Below, one piece after another: positions 12,880 to 27,444 of a DNA stretch of 64,000 nucleotides. Source of the stretch: Syncephalis fuscata S228 (taxonomy: Eukaryota > Fungi > Zoopagomycota); NCBI GenBank assembly GCA_025786725.1, contig JAHLTZ010000024.1, forward strand, positions 62,001-126,000, written 5' to 3'. Every line of letters starts with the position of its first letter. Position 1 is the stretch's first letter. Both the position numbers and the translations under genes were made by a program. The notes beneath the pieces were generated by a model. It was not told the origin of the DNA, searched no databases, and saw only the letters and a list, made by a program, of their open reading frames with translations.

Positions 12880-14250
12880 TTACGTTGTTTTAAGGCGTAA
12901 ATCATCAGCCGAGACAGCTGGCACATGAGGGAATTCCTCGGTGGCATCTAAATAGGCGGCATCGCTACCATAAGTACCAATATTCAACTGAGATTGATGG
13001 TGGTGGTGATTATCCGCCGCATGGAGGGCCGTGCCTGCATGCATGTAGGAGTCGGCCCGTAAGCTTTCTAAACAATAGCCAGCATCGGATACATTAACCA
13101 CGCCTGATTTGGTCAAGTCAGCTGGATGTACTACATTGGTGGTTGATGCGGCCTCGCCCATCATAGACCATCACCGTAAATATGTTCGCCAAAGATATCG
13201 TCGGACATGCCGTTATTATGGAATTCGTGACCATAATGGTCCTGGTGGTTGCTGTCATGGGTGGCAACACCTGTTGTCGTCGTAATAGCAACACCGGCTC
13301 CTGGTGATACAGTTTCACTTTGGCCGTAATGAGGATTTGTATAGGAGGCAAGAAGTGGATCCTCGGCAAATGGACTATACACTGCCGTTGGCATGGCTGC
13401 ATCATGACGTGGTAGTGGTGCACCGCCGTGTAATTTGTCAAGACCGGCAGCGGTCATATTGGCACTAGCATCAAAGATAAATGGGTCGGAAAGCTGTGCC
13501 GGTGCTGTATTATGTGTTTCATGGATGGGCATAGACGTGGCACCTGCTTCCATATCAGCTTCACGCATATAGATACTAGCGCGTTGGGTGGCACCAAACT
13601 AGGTGGTGGCATATCACGCTGGAGCATATTGTTCGTTTTATACGCAGCCATTGCTTCCTCTTGACGTCTACGACGATTACGTACCACACGAATACCCATA
13701 AAGACAAATAGTGCCACAACATCACGGCTGCTATACCAATACCTATGTAGACGGCGGTCATTGAACCAGTCTGAGCATTCTGTTCTGCCGATTGAGCACT
13801 AACATTGCTAGTATCATTGGGGAATGGATTACCAGTATTAGTGCTGGCCGATGGGAATGGTTGGCTGCTGGTCGATGGGTTGGCTGAAGCATCTGGCAGT
13901 GTATTAGTAGATTTCGTATCATCATTACTTGAGCGAGGTGACGTATTCGTATCAGCATTATTGTTATTGGTCTCTGGTGCTGGTGCTGGCTGATTATGGT
14001 CATTAGACTGTGGTGGTGGTGACGATGATGGTCCAGGCATTGGTGTCGATGGCTGCTGTGATGGCGGGAAGGGCGATGATGGCGATGATGGTGTCGATGG
14101 ACTCGCTGGTGTCGATGGTGTATCTGAACCTGTATTGGGCGGTGCTTCAGTCTTACCGTGTTCTTTATCCCAGCTCTTACAAATGCCGTTACGAATAAAC
14201 TTGACCAAATGGAAATTGGCACCACAGTATTTATCTTCAAGCCAGCCCAT
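12880..14250 (-). CDS. Second single-pass P/S/T-rich membrane protein, split into four ORFs by three apparent 1-bp deletions (about 13720, 13582, 13168)
   Basis: ORFs 13576-14250, 13454-13717, 13161-13568 and 12880-13164 join by single-base insertions into MGWLEDKYCG...PSTP-rich...AVYIGIGIAAV(x)VVALFVFMGI-RVVRNRRRR...LRLKTT. Confidence 0.7.
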
Positions 14251-15674
14251 AATGTACTATGTTAATAGAGGCAGTAACAATAGCAGCAAATTAACTAGCA
14301 CTACAAAGCTTGCTCGACAGATATACTATTTCGTAAACTAACGAAGAAAGTAATTGCTACTGGCGTTAAGCAAATACCCGGTTACTAAAACGGTCTCGTT
14401 ACTATTACTAACAACAAGACAAAAAAATAGCTATAGAGTGGAAAAGAACCACTTTACACTAGTCGTCACTGCTCCTATATTATTAAATGGACCCAAAAGA
14501 TAGTTAGAGCGTATCGTTAATATTATGTAGTTGTAGAGAGTAGGAACGAGACGGGAATAAACCAAAATGGTGGGCGTAAACGTTAAAATAAAATTTCGTA
14601 AAAGCACTTGTCGTTATAGCAATTAAAATGGCGCGCAAGAAACGTGAATAAGAAGAACGGAAGTAAGAATAGGCCAAGTTGGAAAGAAAAAGGCGAGGTA
14701 TTTCCTTTTCTTTTCTCTATAACGAATAAACCAAATAGAAATCGGAGTACGAGCCACGTGCACGTAAAAATGAGAATAGAAATACCATTAAGACTCCGTC
14801 ATTATACCAATGATGTCGCATGTCTCACGTGGTGCCAATTAAGTGTTTGTATTTAATTATAGATTAATAGCGTTGTTCCTTTTTATAACTCATAGCTAGA
14901 TTATTTCAATCAGTATACACACACATACAATTATATACTGGTTATTACCCCTATATGAATAGTGATACTGAGTGTATAACGGTTATATACACCATAGGCG
15001 ATGATATATATATATAGGTGTGTGTACAAGATAGGGGACGGTGATGGGATAACACGTGTAAAGTGTGCTCATATCATACCATGGCTTATCACAATAAACG
15101 TTACAAATAATACAAAAAGTGGGTACTTTTAAACTAAGGCATTAATTTAGAGAGAGAGAGAGAAAACGAGAGATATACCAAAATACTGTATCTGACTAAT
15201 CATACGATATAATCGTAATAATATTAATAGAAAGATGGCTTCTAAAATTTAACCAAATCAAAGAAATCAATTACTTCTTGAGTAATTGTGGCGTGATAAT
15301 TAACGCAAAACCACCAATAATAGATTATCCAACATATAAATACCTGCCTAATGATTAACTGACCAATCAATCAAGCAATATATATATATGAATATATATA
15401 TCGAATATGGTTATAAACCTTATAATCGTTAACAAAAATTCAATAAAGCACGTTAGCAATAGAAACAAGAAGGAAAGAAATACGTAGACTACGGCATTCT
15501 AAACCCGTCCTATGTTTTGTAGAAGATGATATGGTCACGAGTGCTACACTATTGTGTGTGTGTGTGTGTTCGCCTTGTTAAAAGTCGTAGTAATTAAAAT
15601 CTATCATTTTGTCTTGTCAATACAAATAACTAATTACTATATTTTATCATTAATAGAAATAAAAGTAATATTTA

Positions 15675-17879
15675 TTATAATGTTACGATTGAGATGGGTG
15701 TCGTCGTCGCCTTTGTTTTATCCATATTGGCATCTTCTTTTTCCATTGTGGTGCGTTTACGTTTAACTTGAAGAAATCCTTGAGCACCGTCAAAGTAACG
15801 ACTATTTAATTGTTGGAGCTTTTGGGCACGAGCCTCAGGATTCTCCAATTCAATGCCCTGTACAGGTGTAAAGGCCAGCGATGAAGATAATCCAGAAGTG
15901 GCACCCGATGAACCAGACCATAGGTTTTAAGGCGCCTCTGCATTGCATTACTAACATTGGCTAGAAAGCATAAACATAAGCATAAATAATAAATAATAAA
16001 TAACATGTTAATAGTATTGCTACTAATGGCTTACTTTTTGTACGAGATTCGGCGACAGCAGCACGAATACGTCCAATTTGTTTGGTCATCATGCCTAGTC
16101 CTCTTGACTCATCCATAGAAAAGCTCTCGTCTTCTAAAGCATTAAAGTGTACACGGTTCTGTTGACGTCGTAGTTCGGTCAATTCATAGGCCTCTTTTTG
16201 TTTACGCACACTATAATAGCATAAATAGTAGCACGATGTTAGTCTAGCCATCTCTACTTACCGTCGACCACCACGCTTTTTCTTAGCCGCTTCAATGGGT
16301 GCCGGAAGAGCACGCGTATTCTTATTAGGTGCTGGTTCTTGCATCTTTTCAAGTCGCTTTCTAATTCTTGTAACATTTCTTGACCATTTTCACCTAAACA
16401 CAATAAACAATAATTCTATTATTTACGCTTTAACTATTTACCGTTAGATCCTTTCTGACACCGATCAATACGTGCAGCAAGTGTACATCTAATCATAATA
16501 TAACATACAACACATTAATTAATCAATCAAATCTATGTACAAAAAATATAATAACTTACTTGGCCGCCACAATACGTGTAGCTTTTGTACGTAGATCAAG
16601 TGGGATACGCGATATAAGTTCGGAATAGTATATAAATCCTGCGTGACGTTGCATGCCAATATTAGAAAATCCCGTGCGTGCTTTGGCCGATGCACCTAAT
16701 ACCTAATTAATAGAACCATTAGAATCTAAATAGCTATATCTACTAATACTTACTTGAATATTACAAGCTGGCATTTTACTTAAAGCAGTTAAACCACCCG
16801 CTGCACCCATCATCTTTGCTGCAGTAGATGTGCCGATAATAGCCGATAAATTGGGTGCAATCAGTTGCATTCTCGATTCAACATAATTAAGTATCTAATA
16901 GCAACATTAGCCTATACAATTATTACATTTATTATATTGCTATATCTCTATTACCTTGCTGCGTGCTTCATCGAGTGACAGTGCCATAGTACATGCTTCA
17001 TCAACCAACTGCCACTCTTCTTCGCTTAAAAGACGACCACGCGTTGTAGAACCGGCCATCCTCACTACCATAATAGTCGCTGAAGGCAATACTGTATCCA
17101 AACTAAGGTTGGCCAAATCCTATCCATAATATTGCAACGAGGTTAATACATTAATATAGTAATCGTTATTCATTCATCTTACCGGTGCATTGCCAATCGC
17201 CTTTACAGTCTGTACATAATCATATGGATTCAACACTAGTGATTCCAATTCAGGAAAACGAGCAGCATAATGATCTCTAATAAACTACATAAATACATTA
17301 GAGTTGGTCGATCATAACAGTAGTAATGGTGGCGGTAGTAGTATACCGTTTAGCCATCCTACCTTATGTACAGCAAGAATCTCATTATCGACATCAGCAG
17401 TTAAATTGTTGGCTTGTACAATTGTTGTATATTCTGGATGATGTTCAACTGGCCCAGCAAAACTGGCTGCCGTTGCTTGTTGCTGTGTAAATTCTCCAAT
17501 TCGCTATACCGCCAAAAATATTAATAAACTAGATTCAGTATATTATTCGTTGTAGAATACCTGTAGAATACCCATCACTGTTCTGGTACGCAATAACTTT
17601 GCTACATCGTGTATACTCTTCGCACTAGCCACTAATTGATTAATACGTCTTTCTGTTTCTTCAGCTTCTCTTTCGAAATGGCTACTATATCGCTGCTATT
17701 GACTTGTTGTTGCAGCGTGGATTCATCGTCTTCCATAATTCATCCTGATCCACATCTAGTCCGTCTTCTCCATCGGCCATAGCATTGCGGTCAGTCGCCA
17801 GGTTGTCGTCTGATCCGGCTTCATCTAAATCATTGCCAAGATCGTCGAGATCTGCCAGTAATTCATCGGCAAGTGACAT
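15675..17879 (-). CDS. PRP31: Tri-snRNP protein Prp31 (multi-exon; apparent 1-bp deletions near 17737, 17688, 16365)
   Basis: [113 protein letters not shown]. Confidence 0.95.
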
Positions 17880-18053
17880 CGTGTAAAAGAATAAAGAAAT
17901 AAAAAGAACCACCTTCTTAATTAATTATAGGCCATTTTTTGTGGTAAAAAGAATAACATCACAGAAATTATTTTAATAATTTAAAACACTCAATCCATTT
18001 TTCATTAGCCATTGCAACAACATTAACACAGTAGCCGTAACAATAGCGCCAAT

Positions 18054-19627
18054 ATGTCTTGCACTAAAGATAACAACACAACCAATGCTTCTTGTTGCCC
18101 AACTAAAGAAGCCACACCTATGCACGATGTAGTTAAAGACTATTATGGCAAGGTACTTTCGAGTAGTAAAGATTTAAAGACATCAGGTAACTAGTTGAGA
18201 TGGATGTATACACGTATACTTACATATCATTCCTATCAATGTGACGATAGCCTGTACATCATGCACTCCTCCACCAGCTGCCGTTAAAGAAGCATTCAAT
18301 TAATCCCCGATGAAGTACTAGGTATGTCTGGATAGATTAACGCGTTCTTATTATCTAACTTTACTAAACATGACCATCTATAGATAAATTCTATGGCTGT
18401 GGTGCACCTTTACCTTCAGGCATCGATGGACTCACTGTACTGGATCTTGGATCAGGTTCTGGACGTGATTGTTATGTTGCGGCCAAACTTGTCGGTCCTA
18501 CTGGTCGAGTAATTGGTTAGTTCGTTATGTGCTAGTCAATGATTACTAATCGAATATTCACACTGCTCTAATTAGGCATTGATATGACGGATGAACAGCT
18601 GACAGTGGCCCGCAACCATGTAAATACATTTGCCACCAATCTTGGCTGGCAGCCTAATCTCGAATTCCGTACCGGATATATTGAACGTATTCATGGTAAG
18701 TTTAAGCATATTAGCCATAATAAGCAGATCTATTAACATCATATATCATATACCCTATAGAGGCAGGTATTGAAGATGAATCAGTGGACATTGTTATATC
18801 CAACTGTGTAGTCAATCTATCACCTGACAAGCCAGCGGTCATTCGTGGTGTCTATAAAGCTCTACGAAAAGGGGGCGAATTTTACTTTTCAGATGTGTAA
18901 GTAATTAATAAACATTTAAACATTTATAACAATAATACTAATTTATTAATTAGTTATGCTGACCGCCGTCTTTCTGAAGAAGCACGCAACCACGATGTTC
19001 TAGTTGGCGAATGTATTGGAGGAGCCTTATACACCGAGGTAATGATCTGCTGTTACTTATCATTGCTGTTACCCACTAATCCTTTTCTTTGTAGGATTTC
19101 CGTCGTATTTGTCAACAAGTAGGATTTACTAATCCAAGAATTATATCACAAACACCATTGACGGTCGAAGATGAAGCATTGGCCAAAGTAGTAGGCAATG
19201 CCAAATTCTACTCTATTACTTATCGTCTATTTAAAGTTGATGGTCTTGAGGACCGTGAAGAAGATTATGGTGATAGTGCTACTTATCTAGGCTCTATTAA
19301 TGATGATAATACAAACACGTATACATTAGATGGGGTAAGTGACTAGTTTATAGTTATTTATACATGTGTGTGTGCGTGTAGCTAATAAATATTTAATATT
19401 AGCACGTCCAACTTGTCACTCATCAATCAACACCGATTAGTGGCAATGTGGCACGTATTCTACAATCTAGTTGGCTTCATAATCATTTTGAGGTGAAGAC
19501 GTTAAAGGATTCATCACAACAACAGCATTATGGATTATTTAAGCCAACTACGTCATTAAACAACAACAATAATAACAATAATAATTGTTGTAGCGATACG
19601 GCCACCACTAAAGAGAAATGCTGCTAA
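18054..19627 (+). CDS. arsM: Arsenite S-adenosylmethionine methyltransferase (ArsM/AS3MT family), multi-exon; apparent 1-bp deletion near 18296
   Basis: [86 protein letters not shown]; CC pairs at both termini (ends NCCSD...EKCC*). Confidence 0.93.
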
Positions 19628-19651
19628 TTGGATCCTTCCTTCCCACTTAAT

Positions 19652-20376
19652 CTATAATCCGGCTGGCCGTTTAATATACGGCTTATTAGCATCTTCAGCT
19701 AATAATTTAGGTGGTCGTAATTCTTTACGCTTCTTATTGCTCTTCTTTCCTTTACCGCCGGCCATAAAGTCTCGCCAATTACCGACCCTTGTATCTCGTG
19801 AATCCTCCCAAGCTTTATCGGCTTGTTTCTTACGCTTACGTGTCTCAATATCTTCATCCACCTTACGCATTTCATTACTTTCTCGCTCCATTTCCTTCTT
19901 CAATAAACGACGACGCCGTAACTCTTCTTCAATTAGCAAATCCTTAAACTTATTGCGAACAGCTTCTTTAAACGCTGCCGATGTTTCATCGACTGTATCG
20001 GTGGTGGCAGTCGTGGTTGCTGCTTCTTTACCTGCACCCTTATTCATCGCTGTGTGCACTGAATGCTGTGCCTCTGACACCAATTGCAATAACCAAGTCC
20101 GTCTTTTCTCGTCATTTAACTCAGTTTCTGCCTTCTTTAACATATCAAATGCTTCTTGTGAACGTGGATGCTTGCCTTGTCAGGATGAATCAACAATGAC
20201 TTGCGTCTATAGGCTAATTTGACCTCTTTATCGGTAAATTGATAGGACAGTTGCAGTATAGCAAATGGGTCCATTTTGAAGCAGCCTAGTACACGCTCTA
20301 CTTCTTGGTCGCGTTGTAGCTGTGTGGCTTCATTCTGCAAATAAGCTTCGAGTTTCTTCTCTTCTTCAGTCTCCAT
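19652..20376 (-). CDS. DNAJC8: J-domain protein DNAJC8/Spf31 (intronless; apparent 1-bp deletion near 20174)
   Basis: EVERVLGCFKMDPFAIL...YRRKSLLIHPDK, then (after frameshift) HPRSQEAFDMLKKAE...WEDSRDTRVGNWRDF...RPPKL. Confidence 0.92.
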
Positions 20377-20518
20377 ACTTTCAAACGAATAGTAGATCTA
20401 CGATAAACAAACAGTAGTAAATAATCGGAAAAGGATTAGTGTAGTCAACGATGACTAGACGCGCGGTTCTATCCTTTTTCTTCTTCGTTCTTTATCTACT
20501 TTGTCACTATCCGTCATA

Positions 20519-20543
<25 letters not shown>
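20519..20543. repeat. (AC)n microsatellite just upstream of the LSM4 ATG
   Basis: acacac... tract. Confidence 0.9.
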
Positions 20544-20549
<6 letters not shown>

Positions 20550-20550
20550 C

Positions 20551-21292
20551 ATGGTAAGAACACTTAATAAGTGGCGTAAATAGGCTAGAATACTGATCAT
20601 ACTATAATAGCTGCCATTATCACTTTTAGTGACCTCAAAGGGTCACCCAATGGTTAGTTATTAGACTATAGGCATGGTTCATCTATTAAACTGAATGTAT
20701 CTATTGATTGATTAGTTGGTAGAGCTAAAGAATGGCGAGACATACAACGGCCACTTGGTTAACTGCGATAACTTTATGAATCTTACGCTTAAAGGCGTGA
20801 TTCAAACATCTCCTGTAAGTATTATAAATATGTATGTATATAATAGTATATTAATTACTATGGATATATTAATTAGGATGGTGATCGATTCTGGCGTCTA
20901 AAGGAGTGTTATATTCGAGGCAGTACTATTAAATATCTACGTATTCCTGATGTTGTACGTATTATAATCAATTACTTAATATCTAATGATTTAACAAATA
21001 ATATATACATATACATATATATATAATAGGCCATTGACATTGCTAAAGAAGAAGCATCAAGAAATCGTGGCAGTGGTGGTGGTCGCGGCGGTCGTGGTGG
21101 TTCTGGTGGCGGTTCTGGTCGTGGTGGCAATCGTGGCGGTGGAGCAAGTGGTGGCCGTGGCGGTAATAACAATAGTCGTGGCGGTATGCGAGGTAAGTAA
21201 ATAATACACAAATATATTACAATATAATTAATATTTAATTTATATTTAATTTATATTTAATTATCATAATTGTTATAGGTCGTGGTCGTTAA
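20551..21292 (+). CDS. LSM4: U6 snRNA-associated Sm-like protein Lsm4 (ATG-only first exon, RG-rich tail)
   Basis: M|[14 protein letters not shown]|[25 protein letters not shown]...[25 protein letters not shown]...RGGRGG repeats. Confidence 0.95.
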
Positions 21293-21398
21293 ATGCTATC
21301 CATAAAATGATTATTAATAAGCAACAAAATAGTTTATTTAGTATAGTTTTATTATAGTTAATTAATGTACAATAATACGATGACTATTATACATTCTA

Positions 21399-22109
21399 TT
21401 ATCCCCAAGCTGGTGTGATACAATAATTGATAATCAACTGACCATCGGTACTAAAACACTAATATTATACATTAGTAGTTATACTATATATTATATATTT
21501 ATATTATATATTTATATTACCTTGTGTAAATTGGACATCACTTCATCAGGTGCAGGGGCAAATGAGCTATTAATGTAAAGAAACTAATCAAATTGAATTA
21601 GTTACTTGTAATTACTATTAATAACACTTACTAATGGATCTTGTAATTTAAGTCGTAATTCTTTACGTAAAAATACGCCTACAGTATGAAAACGATGTGA
21701 TGCATTGATTTGAAATCGATTCTCTTTCATAATAGGTGCATTACCAATAGCTCGAAATCGTACTGGTACTATAAATATAATAGTTTATTAATATAACACA
21801 TATTAATAGACTCGTTCTATTTAACTTACACTTTGTAGTATTACGTTGACGTAATTGTTGTAGTGTTTCTTGAATCTGTTCAACAGTTACTTTGCTATTC
21901 TCTTCTTCCTTCTCTTCTTCTTCTTCTTCTTCCTCCTCCTCCTCTTCTTCTTCCTCTTCTTCTTCTTCCTCTTCTTCTTTTTCTAAACTTGTATCTTCAA
22001 AATTAAATGGAATTCGCAAGCCTTCTCTTTTTGTAACAGTATTAGATACATCCATATCTTCTTCGCTTAGGTTATTTGAAGATATTTTTAGTCTAATGCC
22101 TCTTTCCAT
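21399..22109 (-). CDS. ATG12: Autophagy ubiquitin-like protein Atg12 with a poly-Glu N-terminal extension
   Basis: VRFRAIGNAPIMK, FLYINSSFAPAPDE, LIINYCITPAWG* after splicing. Confidence 0.92.
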
Positions 22110-22350
22110 AGTGAATGATGATGAGTGCAGTGGAGTGACGTGTACTCTGTGTAGACAAGTGTGATAATGTGAATAAACAAATGAATCAAAGTCTACGTCG
22201 TCTTCTTCTTTCCACTACTCACCTTTTAAATACTGTAGGCATCTATCTTTTACTTAGCACAAAGACCCACACACACACACACACTATTCTATTGTCGTCC
22301 AAGTACTTTTGCTCGTATTTGATAAATATTCTTGCTTCTTGTTGACGATT

Positions 22351-23800
<1,450 letters not shown>

Positions 23801-25258
23801 GAATAAATACTTGATGTTATGACTTACAAATAGTTAATTAAACAATAATTCAACACATTGTATCATATTTGTATTTATATTGTACTATAGAATATAACCA
23901 ATAAGGTTATTACTTTTATCCAAGGTGAGAGAAAGCGCATGTTATCACCAGAGGCTATCCGGTTCCAATTGCCATATGAACGTACGTATACATGTATATA
24001 TGTATGTATGTATGTGTGGATGGATGTATGAACAAATATCGTACATTTCCCAATCTGGACACAACCATAACAAGTAGTAGAAATAGGAGTGACAATAACG
24101 ACCGCACTGTACTTTTACTACTAAATAACTACCCACCACATTTTACCATGGTACAATATCGCCAAATCCACACTAACTATTATAATTATAATAATTATAT
24201 TGAATCAATAAGTCATTTAACAAAAAAAGTGGCTATCCAATAAAGTTGTATAAATCAATCGATATTTTATTTACTTTTATTACCGCTTTCCTTTCTAATG
24301 TTAGTTTATTGATACCACACACACACACGGTCACTTTTTACTTGAATCCTTGGCTACGATAAATAGCGACTGTGACCCTTTTATTTTTATTTACATTATT
24401 ACTTTTACTTTTACTTTACTTTTATTATTTATAGTATTATTTTAATAGTCTACACCTGTGCCCCTATTCCCCTTTACTCCGTAGTCATTAGCGTCTATTC
24501 TATTTGAACCACTAGGAGGTCATTGCAAGTCATCATCTCTATAGAAGCGTGTCTATGTGTGTCGGTGTCGGTGTATGCATGTATCCATTGTGCGCGTGCT
24601 CCTTATTCTGCGGCGTTTCCTTTGTCTAGACACTATTGTCTGTGTGTGATACACGACTTGCTTTTCTTCTTGATATCCGAACCTTGTTACTGACTGAGTG
24701 TAGAAATAGTGCAGCTTAGTATTTGAATCTTAAAAGTCGTAGTATTAGTATTAGTAATAGTAACAACAACAACAGCCAGGTTCTTACTAATAGTATTAGT
24801 AAAAGTATTGGCATAGCCAGTCGAGTCAATCAGTTCAAACTGATTGTTAATCGGCTATTCTATTTATTCTTCATATTTACATATATATTTATTGATATAT
24901 ACTTACAACTACAGGTGATAGGCGTTGCTAATTAATATACAATGATGTATCAATGCTTTATGGGTCGTTGCGACACAGTATCCGTGTATTCATTTGATAT
25001 GACGACACCGACAACGACAACGACGACTGCAGCTGTTACTGCCATTGACGACCCAAATAAGCCAATGTCAAGTACGAATTCAAGTCGTAGAACATCCAGC
25101 AGAATTCCAAAAATGATGGCGATGGACCCGATTGGACAACACATCATGACATAGCAAACAGAAACAACAACGCCAATAACAATGACCATAAGAGTAGCGA
25201 TAGTACAGTCACTACTATTACTAATACACATCTATCTCGCCCTTCTTCAATTTGCTAC

Positions 25259-27127
25259 ATGGGTAACGCTCTTAGTAGTGCCTCTATACGACGGGCTGTA
25301 TTAGGACAAACACTTGATCATAATACAAATATTGTCACTACCAATTCATCTACAGGTACATCAGCCACAGGTTCAACTGCTTCATTGCCGTTTATTAATA
25401 ATGGCCACAACTCTGATGAACAACCGATTGATGAAGGTCATAGTCGGTCGGGTCTATTCCGTCGTCGTACCAATGCTGTGCCTACAACAGAATGTTCACT
25501 GGCAGCGGCTTTAATGCCTAAACGATTTGAAAAGAAAACCGATCGACTATTAAGAAAGAAGCGACTGGAACGTGCTACTCATGCTAGTAGCACATCTTGT
25601 TTACATCCACCGAAACCTGGTCGTATTAATATATTCAGTGGTATTAGAATGGGCAAGGATGATGGTGCAGCAACGGCCATGTTAGATGATCAAGATCATG
25701 AATCTAATGAAGAAGTGTTAACAGTAACACGATCAGCAACATGGAGACGCCATTCAGCCGATGCTACACCGGCCCATAGTCATACACTGTCTACATCAAC
25801 CACATTATTAACAGCAGGTGCATTAGTGACATCCAAATATCCAGCAGGGGCTTCTAGACTAGAACAAATGCTACCCGAGCTATTCTGCTGTTTAGCTGAA
25901 TTGCTATTTGCTGATCCTGTCGTGTTGGTACGGGTATCACATTTATCACGGCGCATGCGAGAACAATTATCGGAGGCCATTTGGCGACGTGCTTGTCGTT
26001 TCTGGGATGCAAGACATTTGCCAACAGGCTGGTTTTCTAATTGGCGTGAATTTTTTGTACTATTCGGTAAGTTGTAATTAGTAATGCAGCTATTGTATTT
26101 ATGTGAATGTAAATGATGGCGTAGTGTGCCCAACACGCTTTCCAAAACTGCAAGTATTACACGATAAACGCTGCTTTTCCTGTGGACTGGCTGTCCTGTG
26201 ACGGGTCGATTCCATAACAATGACCGTGGCCTAGTACCTGATCACTGGGGCAAGCGCGACTTTCTTAAATTGCATCTATCAGAGACGGGACAACAGGGCT
26301 TTGATTATTGGCGTAATGGCAATATTCTTTACTGTCCAGACTGTAAAGATAAGCAGCTACTGTCGAATGATCAGGCACCACACTGTATGTTATGTTCAAG
26401 TCCAACTGCATGTGCTTATGTACGTCTTCGAGTGATACTGTCGCGTGATGTAGCACTGCGACGACAAGCAGAACAAGCACGCGACAAAGCATTGCTAGTT
26501 TTGGATCTGCTGCTGCTGCTGCTGCATGGGGTGTTACTACTACACCCACAGTAACTACATTTGCTGAAGCAGTAACCAATACTAATCATACTATTACAAC
26601 AGCACAGCAACAACATAATAATGTTAATCAAAATACCCACTGGTTAACATCCACACTACCACACCACCACTACCACCATTAACAGATCAGTCATCTTTTT
26701 TAATAGATCATGATCCATTAGTAGAAGATATAACAACATCATTCAATGATTCATTGGATATGACAACACGTCGTTATCTCCAACTACAGCCATGCATGCT
26801 GGAATAACGAATACTACTACCAATACAACAGCATCAACAACAACAACAACGGCAAATACAGTTCCTTTATCTGTATGTACAGCACCAACACCTATAACCA
26901 CTCATGAAGATAACGATCAGTATCAACTTACATTTTGGGGACAGGTATGGAATGATACAGTGCCTTGTGCCAATGGTATTCGCTTTTTACATGGCCGCCC
27001 TGCCTTTATTAAAGATCAAGCTATTATATGCGGTGATTGTGTCCGTTCACTGGCCCGTCTCGGTCATGGTCGACTTGAAATGGCTGTACGTCATCAAGGC
27101 ACTTGGGCACTGAAGAGTGAACGCTAA
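25259..27127 (+). CDS. F-box protein with N-myristoylation-like start and Cys-rich C-terminal region (1 intron; several apparent 1-bp deletions)
   Basis: MGNALSS; F-box-like LEQMLPELFCCLAELL...VRVSHLSRRMREQLSEAIWRRAC; CxxC motifs CFSC, CPDC, CMLC, CGDC. Confidence 0.7.
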
Positions 27128-27444
27128 TACGAAAAGATGATTTGCTGTTGTCGTCGTTGTTGTTGTTTTATTACTATTCACTTTTATATATATTTTACAC
27201 TTTTTTTAATTATGATTATGCGTACAACTAACTTTATATACATTGCTTCATTTATAAATGTTCACTTTCACTTTTCTTTACTAGCTATTAATTAAATAGC
27301 TAAATTGTTATTATTAATAAACGACGACGACGACGACAGTAATGATGATGATGATGAAATAGAACACTAGATATAAATGCTATAATAAGAATAGTAAAGG
27401 CATACGCAACTTGTTTGTGAGGTACATAGTTGACTAAGCAATGA

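Noticed and set aside
18054-19627. Possible selenocysteine recoding in the arsenite methyltransferase
   Set aside because: The conserved Cys positions are TGT/TGC, and the one internal stop (TAA near 18301) is explained by a 1-bp deletion.
24942-25154. 70-aa ORF upstream of the F-box gene
   Set aside because: Low-complexity Thr-rich sequence with no splice link or homology; at most a uORF.
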